From assembly GCA_947626495.1 (NCBI GenBank), contig CANQSJ010000004.1:33069-97068 (forward strand): 64,000 nucleotides of DNA. The letters run 5' to 3'. This document shows positions 26,812 to 36,445 of this stretch, one piece after another; positions within the stretch are counted from its first letter, which is position 1, and the number at the start of each line of letters is the position of its first letter. The translations under genes and the position numbers were made by a program. A model generated the notes under the pieces. The model was given only the letters and a program-made list of their open reading frames with translations, ran no database searches and had not been told where the DNA came from. The stretch is from an uncultured Oscillospiraceae bacterium. Lineage in GTDB: Bacteria > Bacillota > Clostridia > Oscillospirales > Oscillospiraceae.

Positions 26812-28169
26812 CAGATCCCCTCCAATACTTTGCGGAGGTCGATCTGCGTCGTGTATCCGCTCTTGGATACGCTGTGCTTTGCCTCCTTCACGATATATTT
26901 CCCGTCGAACATCCCGAAATCCTCCAGCATGACGGTCACGCCGGATACCATGGCCGTGTCGCCGGGGAGAGTGAAGGACGCCGTCTGCTCGTACTTATTC
27001 CGCATCCGCAGCATCTTTTTGGCGAGGGTTATAGCCTCGCTGGCGTTGGCCACCTTCGCGTTGATCTCCAACTGCTGATTGGAGTCCTTGTCCTCCTCGT
27101 AGTCCTCCACGTAGGCCGTCGCCTCGATCAGCTTCCCGGACGGGGGCGTATACCGAACGCGGCAGGAAGAATACTCCTTGTCAGCCTTGCCGGTCTGCAG
27201 CTTCTTCTTCGTGTAGTCGGCGGTGCGATTCCGAATGGTCTTGACCGGCGGCTTCGCCTCATATTCCGCCTGATCGAAAAGGACCAGGATATTATTGTTC
27301 GCTTTGAGCGAGATACCCGCGTTGTGGCACAGTGTGGATAAAAACTGGATATCGCTGATCCAGCTTTGCTCTACGCGCTCATAATACGGATCGTCAGCTG
27401 CGGAATACAGGCAGGCCATGCCGTTCTCCTGGGCCATCTGCTGGGCGATCTTGGAGAGCGAATACGCTTCCCACGCCCGGCTCTTTATGGTCTGCCGGAT
27501 CGTGGCGTTGAAAGGAAGGGCCGTCGCCTTGATAGTGATGGTGTCGGGCGGCCCGTCCACCTGGACGGAATCAAGCTCAAACTGGCCGCATGAGAGCATA
27601 TCGTCGGCGCCGTCCCCGTGCCAATTCTCCCGGAGGATAACCGCCTGCACCTTCATCCCGGGAACCTCGGTCTCCTCGGTCACGGTCTTTGTGACCGCCT
27701 CGGCCTTGGCCTCCTTGCCGGATATCTTGGTGAGGTATGACGTCCAGCTCCACCCGGTTTTCCCGCTGCCGTATTTTACCTGCGTCCAGCTCCCGCTCGT
27801 TTTTCCTGTGCTGCGGATTTTCTGGCCGTAGGCGAACACGCCAACGACGCCATATCCCATGCCGGGGCCGCTCCTGATGTTCAGGCCGATGTTGCAGTTT
27901 ACCTTATGGGTATAGTCGTCAGATTCGGTCACGGTCTTGGTGACCATCTCCATCTTCGTAGAAGCGGAGGCGTCAACCGCGCCTTTTATCCACGACTGCT
28001 GCCACACTTCATCCCGGTCTTGGAGCTTCAACTGCAGGTCGTCGGCCTCGTCCTCCTCGGAATCCGTGTATGTGAGGCTTATGAGATAGGGGCGGATGTC
28101 CTCGGTGATATCCGCCCCGTCAAAGCATATCTGCGCGAGCGTTCGCCGCGCAAGGTCCTTCTGGCTCAT
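26811..28169 (-). CDS. baseplate hub / late control D-like protein (XkdQ-like) with inserted SH3b domain
   Basis: About 452 aa, gpD-like ends. Internal NIGLNIRSGPGMGYGVVGVFAYGQKIRSTGKTSGSWTQVKYGSGKTGWSWTSYL is a bacterial SH3 signature. Confidence 0.65.
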   Translation of the reverse strand: MSQKDLARRTLAQICFDGADITEDIRPYLISLTYTDSEEDEADDLQLKLQDRDEVWQQSWIKGAVDASASTKMEMVTKTVTESDDYTHKVNCNIGLNIRSGPGMGYGVVGVFAYGQKIRSTGKTSGSWTQVKYGSGKTGWSWTSYLTKISGKEAKAEAVTKTVTEETEVPGMKVQAVILRENWHGDGADDMLSCGQFELDSVQVDGPPDTITIKATALPFNATIRQTIKSRAWEAYSLSKIAQQMAQENGMACLYSAADDPYYERVEQSWISDIQFLSTLCHNAGISLKANNNILVLFDQAEYEAKPPVKTIRNRTADYTKKKLQTGKADKEYSSCRVRYTPPSGKLIEATAYVEDYEEDKDSNQQLEINAKVANASEAITLAKKMLRMRNKYEQTASFTLPGDTAMVSGVTVMLEDFGMFDGKYIVKEAKHSVSKSGYTTQIDLRKVLEGI

Positions 28170-28378
28170 CCCGCCACCTGCTTCCACGGGGGCAGGGAAT
28201 TGGGCGTACTGTACGCGGGGCCTTCGGGCACTTCGAGTTCAACGCCCGCCGGGAATACATAGGTCCCGGCCAGATCGGCATTGATGGACAGCAGATCACC
28301 AACCCGCGACGTGCTCCCCAGCAGGTTATAAGCTATGGTGTCCCACATATCGCCCTGCTTCGTGATATATACGCTCAC
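28166..28378 (-). CDS. tail protein X-like (LysM-like small protein)
   Basis: YITKQGDMWDTIAYNLLGS...LLSINADL resembles gpX/LysM. GTG at 28378 lies 8 nt after GAAGGAGG. Confidence 0.5.
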   Translation of the reverse strand: MSVYITKQGDMWDTIAYNLLGSTSRVGDLLSINADLAGTYVFPAGVELEVPEGPAYSTPNSLPPWKQVAG

Positions 28379-28380
28379 GA

Positions 28381-31300
28381 TCAATACCTCCTTCTGACAA
28401 GGTCTGCAGCCGCGTCGTCCATAATGTCCTGGATATAATCGCGGAAGGATTCTTCATGGCCACGCAGGATCGCTTCAAGATCGGTTACGCCTTCCACACC
28501 CTCGATCTTGTAAGACGGGGAGTATGTGATCTGGAAGGGGGCGCTGCCATATCCGCCGCCGTCGGCGGCCTCGATGCTGGCAGGCTGCGTGGATATGGGG
28601 AATGCGGCCTGCGCCGCCATTTCGCGCTGCATGGCCGCCGTCTCCGTGGCATTCAGCACTTCCTCGCCGCCATGGAAGAAGATCAGCTCTGGGCCGTTCT
28701 CGCCCACGTAGGCGAAGCCGGGTTCAGCAGATTTTGTACCTGTGGCATACCCACCAAACCCAATGCTCCCGGTTACGGAGTTGAGGCCAGCCATCAATCT
28801 GCTGCCCATGTTCACGCCGGCCTGATATGCCAACGCCTGATACGAGTTGAAGGTGCTGATATAGGAGCTCGCGGTGCTGCCGGCGGCTGCAGATGCGTCG
28901 CCGGATCGGTTCAGCTCTGCCACGAAGGAATCCATGTCGCCCTGCATGGTGGCCAGCGCGGCGGCGAAGTCGGTCTGCAGAGAAGCCGTGCTCGACGCCG
29001 TTTCCCCCTGCTTCCCCATCAGCTCGTCATACTTCGCGCCCATGCTGGCAAGGTCGGTCTCGCTGGAGGACGCCATGGCCGCGATAGCCCCGGCCGCCTC
29101 CGGCGAACCGTCGTTGATGGTGTTCAAGTAGGTCTGGATATTGGTGGTGTCGATACCCTGGGATTCCAGCGATGCGATCTTGTCCATGACGGTCTGAAGG
29201 TTCGCGTTGTAGTCAGTCCAGTACGAAATCTGGCTGTCCAGGTTACCCATCAGATCGGAGACGGACGTCTGTGATACTTCGCCGGCCTGCTCCAAAAGGG
29301 AGAACTGCCCCTGGTAGGATTCCAGGGCTGCCGCAAATACTTCATCGTATTTATCAGCGAGCTCCTGCTGGGCCTGTGCGAGCTGTTCTGTGTAATCGGC
29401 GGCATCGGATGTCGTGCTGGAAGCCTGGGCCTGCGCGGCGTCGTAGGCGTCAAGCTCTGCATCCAGCTGGGCGTATTCCTCCCGCTCAGAATCAAGCTGT
29501 TCTGTCAGCTCCTGTACTTTCAGAGTGTAGGCGGCTATATCCATGTCGATAAAGCCAATCTCGCCGCCGGAGCTTACAAGGCCCTCTTTGTTCTTTTGGA
29601 GCCGTTCGAGCTCAGCGTTCGCATCTGCCAGGGCTGCCTCGGTTTTGCTAATATCACCACCGAGGAAATTGTAGCGGGACGCCTTTTCCTGCATTTCGGC
29701 GGCTTCGGTCATCTGCGCGACGTACTCACGAATGCTGCCGGAATACCCGGTGAGCTTATCGCTCTCCTGGTCGTACTGCAGACCCAGCTCCGGGAGGGCG
29801 GTGTTCAGCTGATTAACAATGTCCACCATCCGCATTTTCTCGGTGGCGGTCTTGTCGGTCTTATCTTTGAGGCTGTCCAGCTCGTCCAGCAGGCCGGTAA
29901 TGCTCCCCTCCTGATCTGCGAGGGACTGCATATTGGCCAAGTAGTCCTGGGTGTCCTGGTCATATCCATCGAGGACGGCATTGTACGTGGCCAGCTCGTC
30001 CTGCATGGCCTTTTCCTGGGCAGCCACGCCGCCCACTATGGCAGCCGTTGCAAGGGCCACAATACCGGGTATGCCAGTGAACACCTTTCCAAGCTCCAGT
30101 GTTTTCATCACTTTCGCCGCTGCGGTGTATGCGGTTATCCCAGCGGTGGCCACGCCGAGCACGCCCACAAAGGCAGTGACGCCGGCGACCAACTCCGGGT
30201 TGGCCTGCACCATATCGTTCACCCAGGTAAGGACCTCGGTACCCTTTTCATAAAGGCCGGTGAGGGCGGGGGTGAACTGTTCGCCGACAGAGATCGTTAC
30301 GGCGTCCCAGGCGGACTTCATGAGCGTCAACTGGCCGTTCATGTTGTCCATCTTGATATTGGCCATGCTCTGGGCGGCACCAGAGCAATTCTGGATACTC
30401 TCGGTCAGGGAGGCGTAGTCCTCGTCAGACGCATTGAGTATAGCGAGCAGGCCGTTGTAGGACCGCTTACCAGCGATAGCCTGGGCGTTGCTTACCTTCT
30501 CGGCCTCGCTCATTTGGTCGAAGTAATACCGCAGCTCGTCGATGGTGCTGGAAAAGTCCTTCATCGTGCCGTCGGCCTGCAGGGCGGAGAACTCGTATTC
30601 TCCAAAGGCGTCACTGGTGAGGGTGGCGCCCTCCAGCAGCCCGTTGAAGGTGTTCTTCAAGGCGGTGCCGGCTATGCTGCCTTTGACGCCAGCGTTGGCC
30701 ATGAGGCCCACGGCCACGGCCACGTCGTCCACGGAGTATCCCAAGGCACCCGCAATAGACGCGGACTGCTTGAAGGTCTCGCCCATGATGGACACGTTGG
30801 TGTTGGAGTTGGTGGCCGCGGCAGCCAGCACATCGGAGAAGTGGGCCGTGTCGGATGCTTTCAGCCCGAACGCGGTCAGGTTGTCGGTGACGATGTCCGA
30901 GGTCCGCGCCAGATCCTCCCCGGATGCGGCCGCCAGGGAAAGTACGCCATCCATGCCTTTGAGCATATCCTGCGCGTCCCAGCCGGCCATGCCCATGTAG
31001 GTCATGGCCTCTGCCGCTTCGTTGGCGGTGAACTTGGTGGAGGCGCCCAGGCGCTTTGCCTCCTCGGACAGGGCGTTCATTTCCTCGCCGCTCGCCCCGG
31101 ACAGGGCCTCGACCGTGGACATCGTTTCCTCAAACTCGGCGGCGTTGTTGATGCAGGTCATATAGGCCTCGCCGATCTTTTTGAGGGCGGTCACGATTCC
31201 GGCGGCCGCGAGCGCGGAGGCAATGGCATTGGCGGCGTCCACGCCACTCTCGCCCATATTGGCGGCGTTCTCCGCCACCTGCTCCTCCTCGGTCTTGAGC

Positions 31301-31734
31301 TCCTCGATCTCAGTTGTCAGGCGATCAGATTCAGAGGACAGTTTATTCGTATCAACGCCCGCGTCCCGGAGGGCATTACCCATGGTATCCAGCTTTTGGG
31401 TCTGCTTGTCCAGGGACGCGGAGGTTTTATCGATCTGCTGCTGCTTGCTCAACAGCTGATTTTCCAGCGAGGACGAAAAGCCTTCTGTCTCCTTTATTTC
31501 CTGCTGGATATTGTCATACTGCTTCTGCAAGGTCTCCAGCTTACTCCGGGTCGCTTCGACGGCGGACTGCTGCTTCTCATAGGCGGCTATATCAGACTGG
31601 GTCCGGTTCAGGTCCGTGATCTTCTGCTGCATGGTCTGCAGCGTGGTCTGGGCCGACCGAAAAGCGCCGCTGAATCCGCTGCTCGTCTTGGCCTGCAGCT
31701 GGAACATCATCTGATACTCTTTCAAGCTCGCCAC
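28381..31734 (-). CDS. tail tape measure protein (1117 aa)
   Basis: Size, coiled-coil/Ala-Gln-rich composition, central TMP core, position after the chaperone pair. GTG start with AAAGGAGG. Confidence 0.9.
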   Translation of the reverse strand: MASLKEYQMMFQLQAKTSSGFSGAFRSAQTTLQTMQQKITDLNRTQSDIAAYEKQQSAVEATRSKLETLQKQYDNIQQEIKETEGFSSSLENQLLSKQQQIDKTSASLDKQTQKLDTMGNALRDAGVDTNKLSSESDRLTTEIEELKTEEEQVAENAANMGESGVDAANAIASALAAAGIVTALKKIGEAYMTCINNAAEFEETMSTVEALSGASGEEMNALSEEAKRLGASTKFTANEAAEAMTYMGMAGWDAQDMLKGMDGVLSLAAASGEDLARTSDIVTDNLTAFGLKASDTAHFSDVLAAAATNSNTNVSIMGETFKQSASIAGALGYSVDDVAVAVGLMANAGVKGSIAGTALKNTFNGLLEGATLTSDAFGEYEFSALQADGTMKDFSSTIDELRYYFDQMSEAEKVSNAQAIAGKRSYNGLLAILNASDEDYASLTESIQNCSGAAQSMANIKMDNMNGQLTLMKSAWDAVTISVGEQFTPALTGLYEKGTEVLTWVNDMVQANPELVAGVTAFVGVLGVATAGITAYTAAAKVMKTLELGKVFTGIPGIVALATAAIVGGVAAQEKAMQDELATYNAVLDGYDQDTQDYLANMQSLADQEGSITGLLDELDSLKDKTDKTATEKMRMVDIVNQLNTALPELGLQYDQESDKLTGYSGSIREYVAQMTEAAEMQEKASRYNFLGGDISKTEAALADANAELERLQKNKEGLVSSGGEIGFIDMDIAAYTLKVQELTEQLDSEREEYAQLDAELDAYDAAQAQASSTTSDAADYTEQLAQAQQELADKYDEVFAAALESYQGQFSLLEQAGEVSQTSVSDLMGNLDSQISYWTDYNANLQTVMDKIASLESQGIDTTNIQTYLNTINDGSPEAAGAIAAMASSSETDLASMGAKYDELMGKQGETASSTASLQTDFAAALATMQGDMDSFVAELNRSGDASAAAGSTASSYISTFNSYQALAYQAGVNMGSRLMAGLNSVTGSIGFGGYATGTKSAEPGFAYVGENGPELIFFHGGEEVLNATETAAMQREMAAQAAFPISTQPASIEAADGGGYGSAPFQITYSPSYKIEGVEGVTDLEAILRGHEESFRDYIQDIMDDAAADLVRRRY

Positions 31735-31764
31735 GGCGCATACCTCCTTTCAAGCGACACGCTC

Positions 31765-31968
31765 TTACTTTTTCCTGCGGCTTTTCCTTGCCTTCTCCCG
31801 TTCTGCCACCAGAACATTGTTGGCCTCGCGCCACTGAGCAAATTCACGGAGCGGAAGGGACAGCCAGAACGGGATCGGCGTCACGTTGTTCTGCGCCATA
31901 ATCAATATCTCCCGCCGGAGGCCCTTGCCGTTCCCGACCTCGCTCAGAGCGATTTCATTAAAAAATTT
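31765..31968 (-). CDS. -1 frameshift extension of the tail assembly chaperone (gpE'/gpT-like)
   Basis: Slippery T_TTT_TTA (minus strand, 31959-31965 region) 5 codons before the 0-frame stop. The -1 frame stays open for ~62 codons (FFNEIALSEVGNG...MAQNNVTPIPFWLSLPLREFAQWREANN...RKK*), ending at 31765. Confidence 0.55.
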   Translation of the reverse strand, partial: KFFNEIALSEVGNGKGLRREILIMAQNNVTPIPFWLSLPLREFAQWREANNVLVAEREKARKSRRKK

Positions 31969-32330
31969 CGCGTCTTGTTCCTGATCTTGTTGAAGTCTTT
32001 GAGCGACATCAGATCAAAGGCGTCAATGCCGATCTTCGGTTCACAGGCCCGCGCAGAAGCGCGGACAATATAATCAACAGAAGCGGCGGGCAAAAAGACG
32101 TTGATCCCCATGCGGGCCAGCTCGTTCTCGATGGCGATGCCGTCCGCGCCGGTCAGACGGCCATAGTCGAACGTGAGCTTCTTGATGTCCTTCCCCTCAT
32201 ACTTGACAGGCCGGGAGAGCTCCACTTCCACAACATCAGGGGATTTCGCCGCCTCTTTTTCAGCCTCGTCGAACAGCTCCTCCTCGGAGATATTTTCATC
32301 TATCTTGGTCTCATTGGTATCTGCAGCCAT
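31944..32330 (-). CDS. tail assembly chaperone (0-frame product)
   Basis: 128 aa acidic protein between the tube and tape-measure genes. Confidence 0.7.
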   Translation of the reverse strand: MAADTNETKIDENISEEELFDEAEKEAAKSPDVVEVELSRPVKYEGKDIKKLTFDYGRLTGADGIAIENELARMGINVFLPAASVDYIVRASARACEPKIGIDAFDLMSLKDFNKIRNKTRNFLMKSL

Positions 32331-32386
32331 GGTGTTCTCCTTTCAAAAAATAGGCCCAGGACGATTACCGCCCTGGGCCGGATGTG

Positions 32387-32902
32387 TCACATGCCGAGGG
32401 CCTTGCGGATCTGGGCCATATAGTCGACGCCGTTCACGTAGAAGATCATGTTCAGAGGATCGATCTCGCGGACGCGCTCGTTGTTGATGTACGTCGCCCA
32501 GTAGCGGACAGCGTACTCGCCGGAACCGGCGGACGGGGTCGCGGGTTCCACGCCGCCGGCCTTGTCGCTCTTGGGAGTGACGATGAACACGTGCTTGACG
32601 TTGGAATACGACAGCACGCCAGCCGAGGTATCCTCGCCCTGCTGGGATACCAGAAGGGTGAGGTTATGGCGCCGGGGCTCAGAGAGCTTGATCTGCTCGC
32701 GGCTGAAGGTCTGCCAGTCGATGGCCAGGGTCATGGCGTCGAGCTGCCCGGGGATCGAATACTCGATGTTGCCCGGAATGCCGATGCCCTTCAGCGTCTG
32801 GGTCAGATAGGTAAGGTCAGGCAGCGTGACCTTGACGGCGCCCATAAAGAGGGTGTTGTCCTCATAGAGCCGACCGTTGACGACAGTTTCTTCAACGTAC
32901 AT
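32387..32902 (-). CDS. tail tube protein
   Basis: 171 aa directly downstream of the sheath gene. GGAGGTGG RBS. Confidence 0.75.
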   Translation of the reverse strand: MYVEETVVNGRLYEDNTLFMGAVKVTLPDLTYLTQTLKGIGIPGNIEYSIPGQLDAMTLAIDWQTFSREQIKLSEPRRHNLTLLVSQQGEDTSAGVLSYSNVKHVFIVTPKSDKAGGVEPATPSAGSGEYAVRYWATYINNERVREIDPLNMIFYVNGVDYMAQIRKALGM

Positions 32903-32917
32903 TCAGTCCACCTCCTG

Positions 32918-34084
32918 TTAAGAGCCGAGCGCGGCGGCCACGTAGCTGGCGTCGTACTCAACGATGAAGTCGATCTCCTGCATGGGGCTGGGCGGCGTGA
33001 TGTAGAGGTGGAACTTGATGATACCCGCCATAAGGTTGGTATCAGGATTTTCCGCCTCGTTCCACTCGGCACGGGCACCCAGCAGATACCCGCCGCCCAC
33101 CAGACCGTTGAGCCAGATGTTGCAGGTGTCCAGGATGGTGTTCACGTACCGGCGGCTCATGGGCCGGCCCACATGAGACCAAAAGGTCTTGATCATGGTG
33201 TTGCCGATCCAGCCGAACATCCGGGAGATAGGGATGAAGTAATTCTTCACGTCGGTATCCTTGGGATACGCGCCCGTGTAGCTGCCCCAGGTGACGAAGC
33301 CGCCCATGAAATTCAGCGCGGTAAGGATGCCGGCGTTGTTCAGCAGGTCCGCCTGTCCCTTGGTCAGGTTGATCTCCTTGCCGCTCTTGTCGATGAGGCA
33401 GTCGATGGAGATACTCTTGTTGTCCGGGGATTCATAGGGCACGTTGCCATTATCGGTGTCGGTGGCAGCGAGCCGCCCGGCAACGATGGTGGACAGATGG
33501 AACTTCATCTTGCCCAGGCCGCACATGGGCCAGCACACGATGTGGGCGTCCGTGTAGGAACCGCTGTTCTTGGCCTCGATGGCCGAGTTGTAGTCCTCCG
33601 AATCGAGGTCCACGACGGCCTTGGCCTTGAACATACCGTTGATGGCCCCGGCCTTGGCAGCCAGCGCCGCCGCGACGGTGGTCTTATCGGAGAAGCCGGG
33701 GGCCAGCAGAAGATCGGGGACAATGCCGAACTTGGTCAGGCACAGCTCCACGTTCTCCACGGCGCCGGCTATCTCCTCCTCGGTCAGCTCCTCGGAGGCG
33801 GGGGTGATGGGAAGGAAGATGGCGGGCTGCCGGTTGAACAGCTTGAAGTGGGAGTACATGGCCTCATAGAGGGTGTACTTGTCCCAGTCGTCGTCCGAGT
33901 AGCCCAGCTTGTCCACCGCCTCGTCCCAAGACGTGCAGAGCACAGGGACGCCGGAGGTGGCCGCGTTCTCTGCGGAGCCCAGGTTCGCGCCACCGATGAA
34001 GAACGGGATGCCGGATTCCGCGACAACAGGCGTGGAAAGGCTGGTATCAGCCTGCGTGACGAACACGCCGTGATTGGTAGGCAT
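32918..34084 (-). CDS. contractile tail sheath protein
   Basis: 388 aa with sheath-family-like sequence (MPTNHGVFV...IPFFIGGA...). AAGGAGGA RBS. Confidence 0.85.
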   Translation of the reverse strand: MPTNHGVFVTQADTSLSTPVVAESGIPFFIGGANLGSAENAATSGVPVLCTSWDEAVDKLGYSDDDWDKYTLYEAMYSHFKLFNRQPAIFLPITPASEELTEEEIAGAVENVELCLTKFGIVPDLLLAPGFSDKTTVAAALAAKAGAINGMFKAKAVVDLDSEDYNSAIEAKNSGSYTDAHIVCWPMCGLGKMKFHLSTIVAGRLAATDTDNGNVPYESPDNKSISIDCLIDKSGKEINLTKGQADLLNNAGILTALNFMGGFVTWGSYTGAYPKDTDVKNYFIPISRMFGWIGNTMIKTFWSHVGRPMSRRYVNTILDTCNIWLNGLVGGGYLLGARAEWNEAENPDTNLMAGIIKFHLYITPPSPMQEIDFIVEYDASYVAAALGS

Positions 34085-34097
34085 TTTTCATTCCTCC

Positions 34098-34388
34098 TTA
34101 CAGAGACCGGGCCAGCCGCTCGTATGCCTTGAAAAGCGGCTCGCCCGGGGTTTTTACTTTGATCAGGCCAGCCCCCAGCTCTTCGCCGGAAACGATCAGA
34201 TCCTTGATGCCGGGGTACTTCGCCAGTGCCTTGGCCACGACCGGAGTCTTCAGCGCCTCATTCTTGGGGCACGGGTAGATCGTGGCTTTCTGTATCACGC
34301 CGAGGATGTTCGGCCCGATATAGCAGCTGATCCCCGAAGCGGCGACAGGGGCCGCGGCTTTCTCGGTGGAAGTCTTGCTCACTCCCAT
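34098..34388 (-). CDS. hypothetical phage structural-module protein
   Basis: ATG at 34388, overlapping the upstream gene end. No motif recognised. Confidence 0.4.
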   Translation of the reverse strand: MGVSKTSTEKAAAPVAASGISCYIGPNILGVIQKATIYPCPKNEALKTPVVAKALAKYPGIKDLIVSGEELGAGLIKVKTPGEPLFKAYERLARSL

Positions 34389-34879
34389 GGAACCTCTCTT
34401 TCTACCGCAGGAACACTCCATACGGATTTCATTTCGCCTTTGTGGTATGGCAAGGTGGTCTCTATGTCTGGATAAATCAAATATTCCAGCTGTTGCTCCT
34501 CTCCGAGCTGCAGCTGGAACCGTTTATCCAATACCTGCCGTTTAAGCCAGGACACCCGCACCCGCTCGAACAGGTTAAGGAGCATCATCTGCCCCTCTTG
34601 CGGGTCCTCTGACCATACGCAGAATACCGATCGCACCGTTGCGTATGACCTCGGCCGGGAACCGGGCTGGTGTATGTCAGCACTGGTCACGACCTGATGG
34701 CATATATACGGGGCCTTCCTGACATCCGAACGGACATCAGGGACGGCCCCGGTATATGACTTTGCCGCGCGCCTCGCGGGCGTCGGCTCCTCCTGTGTCG
34801 GCTGCACCGGGAAAAGAAGGTCTTTTGTGACCTCGTCCGTGTCAGCTGCCAAGACATCCAGTAGTTGAGCTTTTACCAT
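34379..34879 (-). CDS. hypothetical tail-completion/neck protein
   Basis: 166 aa, AAAGGAGG RBS. Position between the head-tail genes and the sheath. Confidence 0.5.
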   Translation of the reverse strand: MVKAQLLDVLAADTDEVTKDLLFPVQPTQEEPTPARRAAKSYTGAVPDVRSDVRKAPYICHQVVTSADIHQPGSRPRSYATVRSVFCVWSEDPQEGQMMLLNLFERVRVSWLKRQVLDKRFQLQLGEEQQLEYLIYPDIETTLPYHKGEMKSVWSVPAVEREVPWE

Positions 34880-34890
34880 GTGGGCCTCCT

Positions 34891-35454
34891 TTACCAGCCG
34901 CTCAGGACGCGGAGGATTTCGTGTTCGAGCCTGGATTCAAAGGTCTTGCTGATCTCCTCGTCCATCTTCTGCACGACCTCCTCGTTGCCCATCATCTTGG
35001 ACGTGCCAGGGCCAAACAGTGCTTCAATCGGGACCCGCTCTGGGCCAAGCCTGTGCATGACGGCCATACCGTATGCCTGGGCGATGAACGCTCTGGCCAG
35101 CACACCGCCGCCGGTGTCCCGCCGGACCTTCGCCGTCAGGGCCCCACCACGGGAATACCTGACGTTGAAGGTCCTCAGCGGGAGCGGAGATCCTGCAAAG
35201 CTGATGCGCATAGACGCCACGCCACCAAATCCGCCGGATAACTCCGTCTTCATGCTGACGTGGCTCATGAACGTGCCTTTGCTGATGGTGTACTGCGCCG
35301 CGGCGAACTGTCCGCTCTTGGTCTTGGCGGATTCTCCGGCGCGTTTCAACGCAGAGTTGGCGGCTTTAAGTGCCCCGCCAGGGACGCCACGAAGGACCTT
35401 GTTTACACGGTCCAATGATGTGGCGCCGACGGAATCAACGCTTACATGGATCAC
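34891..35454 (-). CDS. minor tail protein Z-like / head-tail joining protein
   Basis: 187 aa with GPZ-like pattern by eye. GTGA overlap with the upstream gene. Confidence 0.45.
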   Translation of the reverse strand: MIHVSVDSVGATSLDRVNKVLRGVPGGALKAANSALKRAGESAKTKSGQFAAAQYTISKGTFMSHVSMKTELSGGFGGVASMRISFAGSPLPLRTFNVRYSRGGALTAKVRRDTGGGVLARAFIAQAYGMAVMHRLGPERVPIEALFGPGTSKMMGNEEVVQKMDEEISKTFESRLEHEILRVLSGW

Positions 35455-35813
35455 TCTTCTATCGCCTCCAATTCCACCCGCAGCATACCGAGCTCGCAGT
35501 CAGACTTGGCAACCCAGAATGTCTGGAAGAAATTCTTATTACCCTGGGTGCTGATCCTGATTTTCTGGCCCTTCTCCGGCTGTTTGCCTCCGAGATCGTC
35601 TATGGAGCAGTGCAGCGTGGCGGACACACGGTACAGCCCCATGGCGTGGTCCTGGACGGTTGGCTGGCGGTCCTTCTCCTTTACGCCGGATATGACCACC
35701 ATGATGTCCTCGTAGCGCTGGCCATCGTAGATGATGGTCCGCTCCTCGCCGAACTCCATGCCATTCAAGAACACGTTCTTGATGTCGGCTGCGACCGCGT
35801 CCTTAAAGCTCAT
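35451..35813 (-). CDS. hypothetical head-tail connector protein
   Basis: 120 aa with ATGA coupling. Confidence 0.5.
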   Translation of the reverse strand: MSFKDAVAADIKNVFLNGMEFGEERTIIYDGQRYEDIMVVISGVKEKDRQPTVQDHAMGLYRVSATLHCSIDDLGGKQPEKGQKIRISTQGNKNFFQTFWVAKSDCELGMLRVELEAIEE

Positions 35814-36445
35814 TCTGTCACCGGCGCCTCCACGTGCAGATCAGGGAGAACATCGTCGTCCTCGGTGGGCGGCTCTACTGCCGGGCCGGGGGTGGCAGGG
35901 ATCGCCGCAATGGCGTCGATCAGATCACCCTTCTTCTGGCTGGCCGGTTTGGCGTCTATGTCGGCCGCGAGCTTCTTCAGCTCGTTGTACCCCATGGCTT
36001 CCAGTTGGGCGCGGTCAAGGGTGCCTGCCCCGGCCGTGGCGACCATTGTGGGCTTCGCCTTAATCGCCGCAGCTGCAGCTGCGGCAGGGTCCGCTTCCAG
36101 CGTCAGGCCGCTGGCCCTGTATTCCGTGGTGGTGGACTCGCCATCATGCTTCACGGTCACGCTAAGCGTCTTGCTGGTGTCCTCCACGCGCCAGACGAGG
36201 GTACGGTCTTCGGGTTCCAGCTTGCCATTGGGAACAGCTTCACTCTTATATGTGACCTCATCCTCTGCGGGCGCATCCACGGCCATGGCCACAAAGTGGC
36301 CCGAGGCTCCCTTCGCGTAGCCGTCAAAGTCCTTCACATGGTGGAGATTGCCGTGAAGGACGTGCTTGCCGTCAATCGTGACGTTCGACTGCAGCCTGCT
36401 TACCTCCATGCCGTACACTTTGACGCCAGACGGCATGGAGGACAT
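35810..36445 (-). CDS. hypothetical protein with poly-Ala linker and Rho-N/HeH-like motif
   Basis: LEAMGYNELKKLAADIDAKPASQKKGDLIDAI. Start uncertain (TGATG overlap with the capsid stop, no SD). Confidence 0.45.
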   Translation of the reverse strand: MSSMPSGVKVYGMEVSRLQSNVTIDGKHVLHGNLHHVKDFDGYAKGASGHFVAMAVDAPAEDEVTYKSEAVPNGKLEPEDRTLVWRVEDTSKTLSVTVKHDGESTTTEYRASGLTLEADPAAAAAAAIKAKPTMVATAGAGTLDRAQLEAMGYNELKKLAADIDAKPASQKKGDLIDAIAAIPATPGPAVEPPTEDDDVLPDLHVEAPVTE

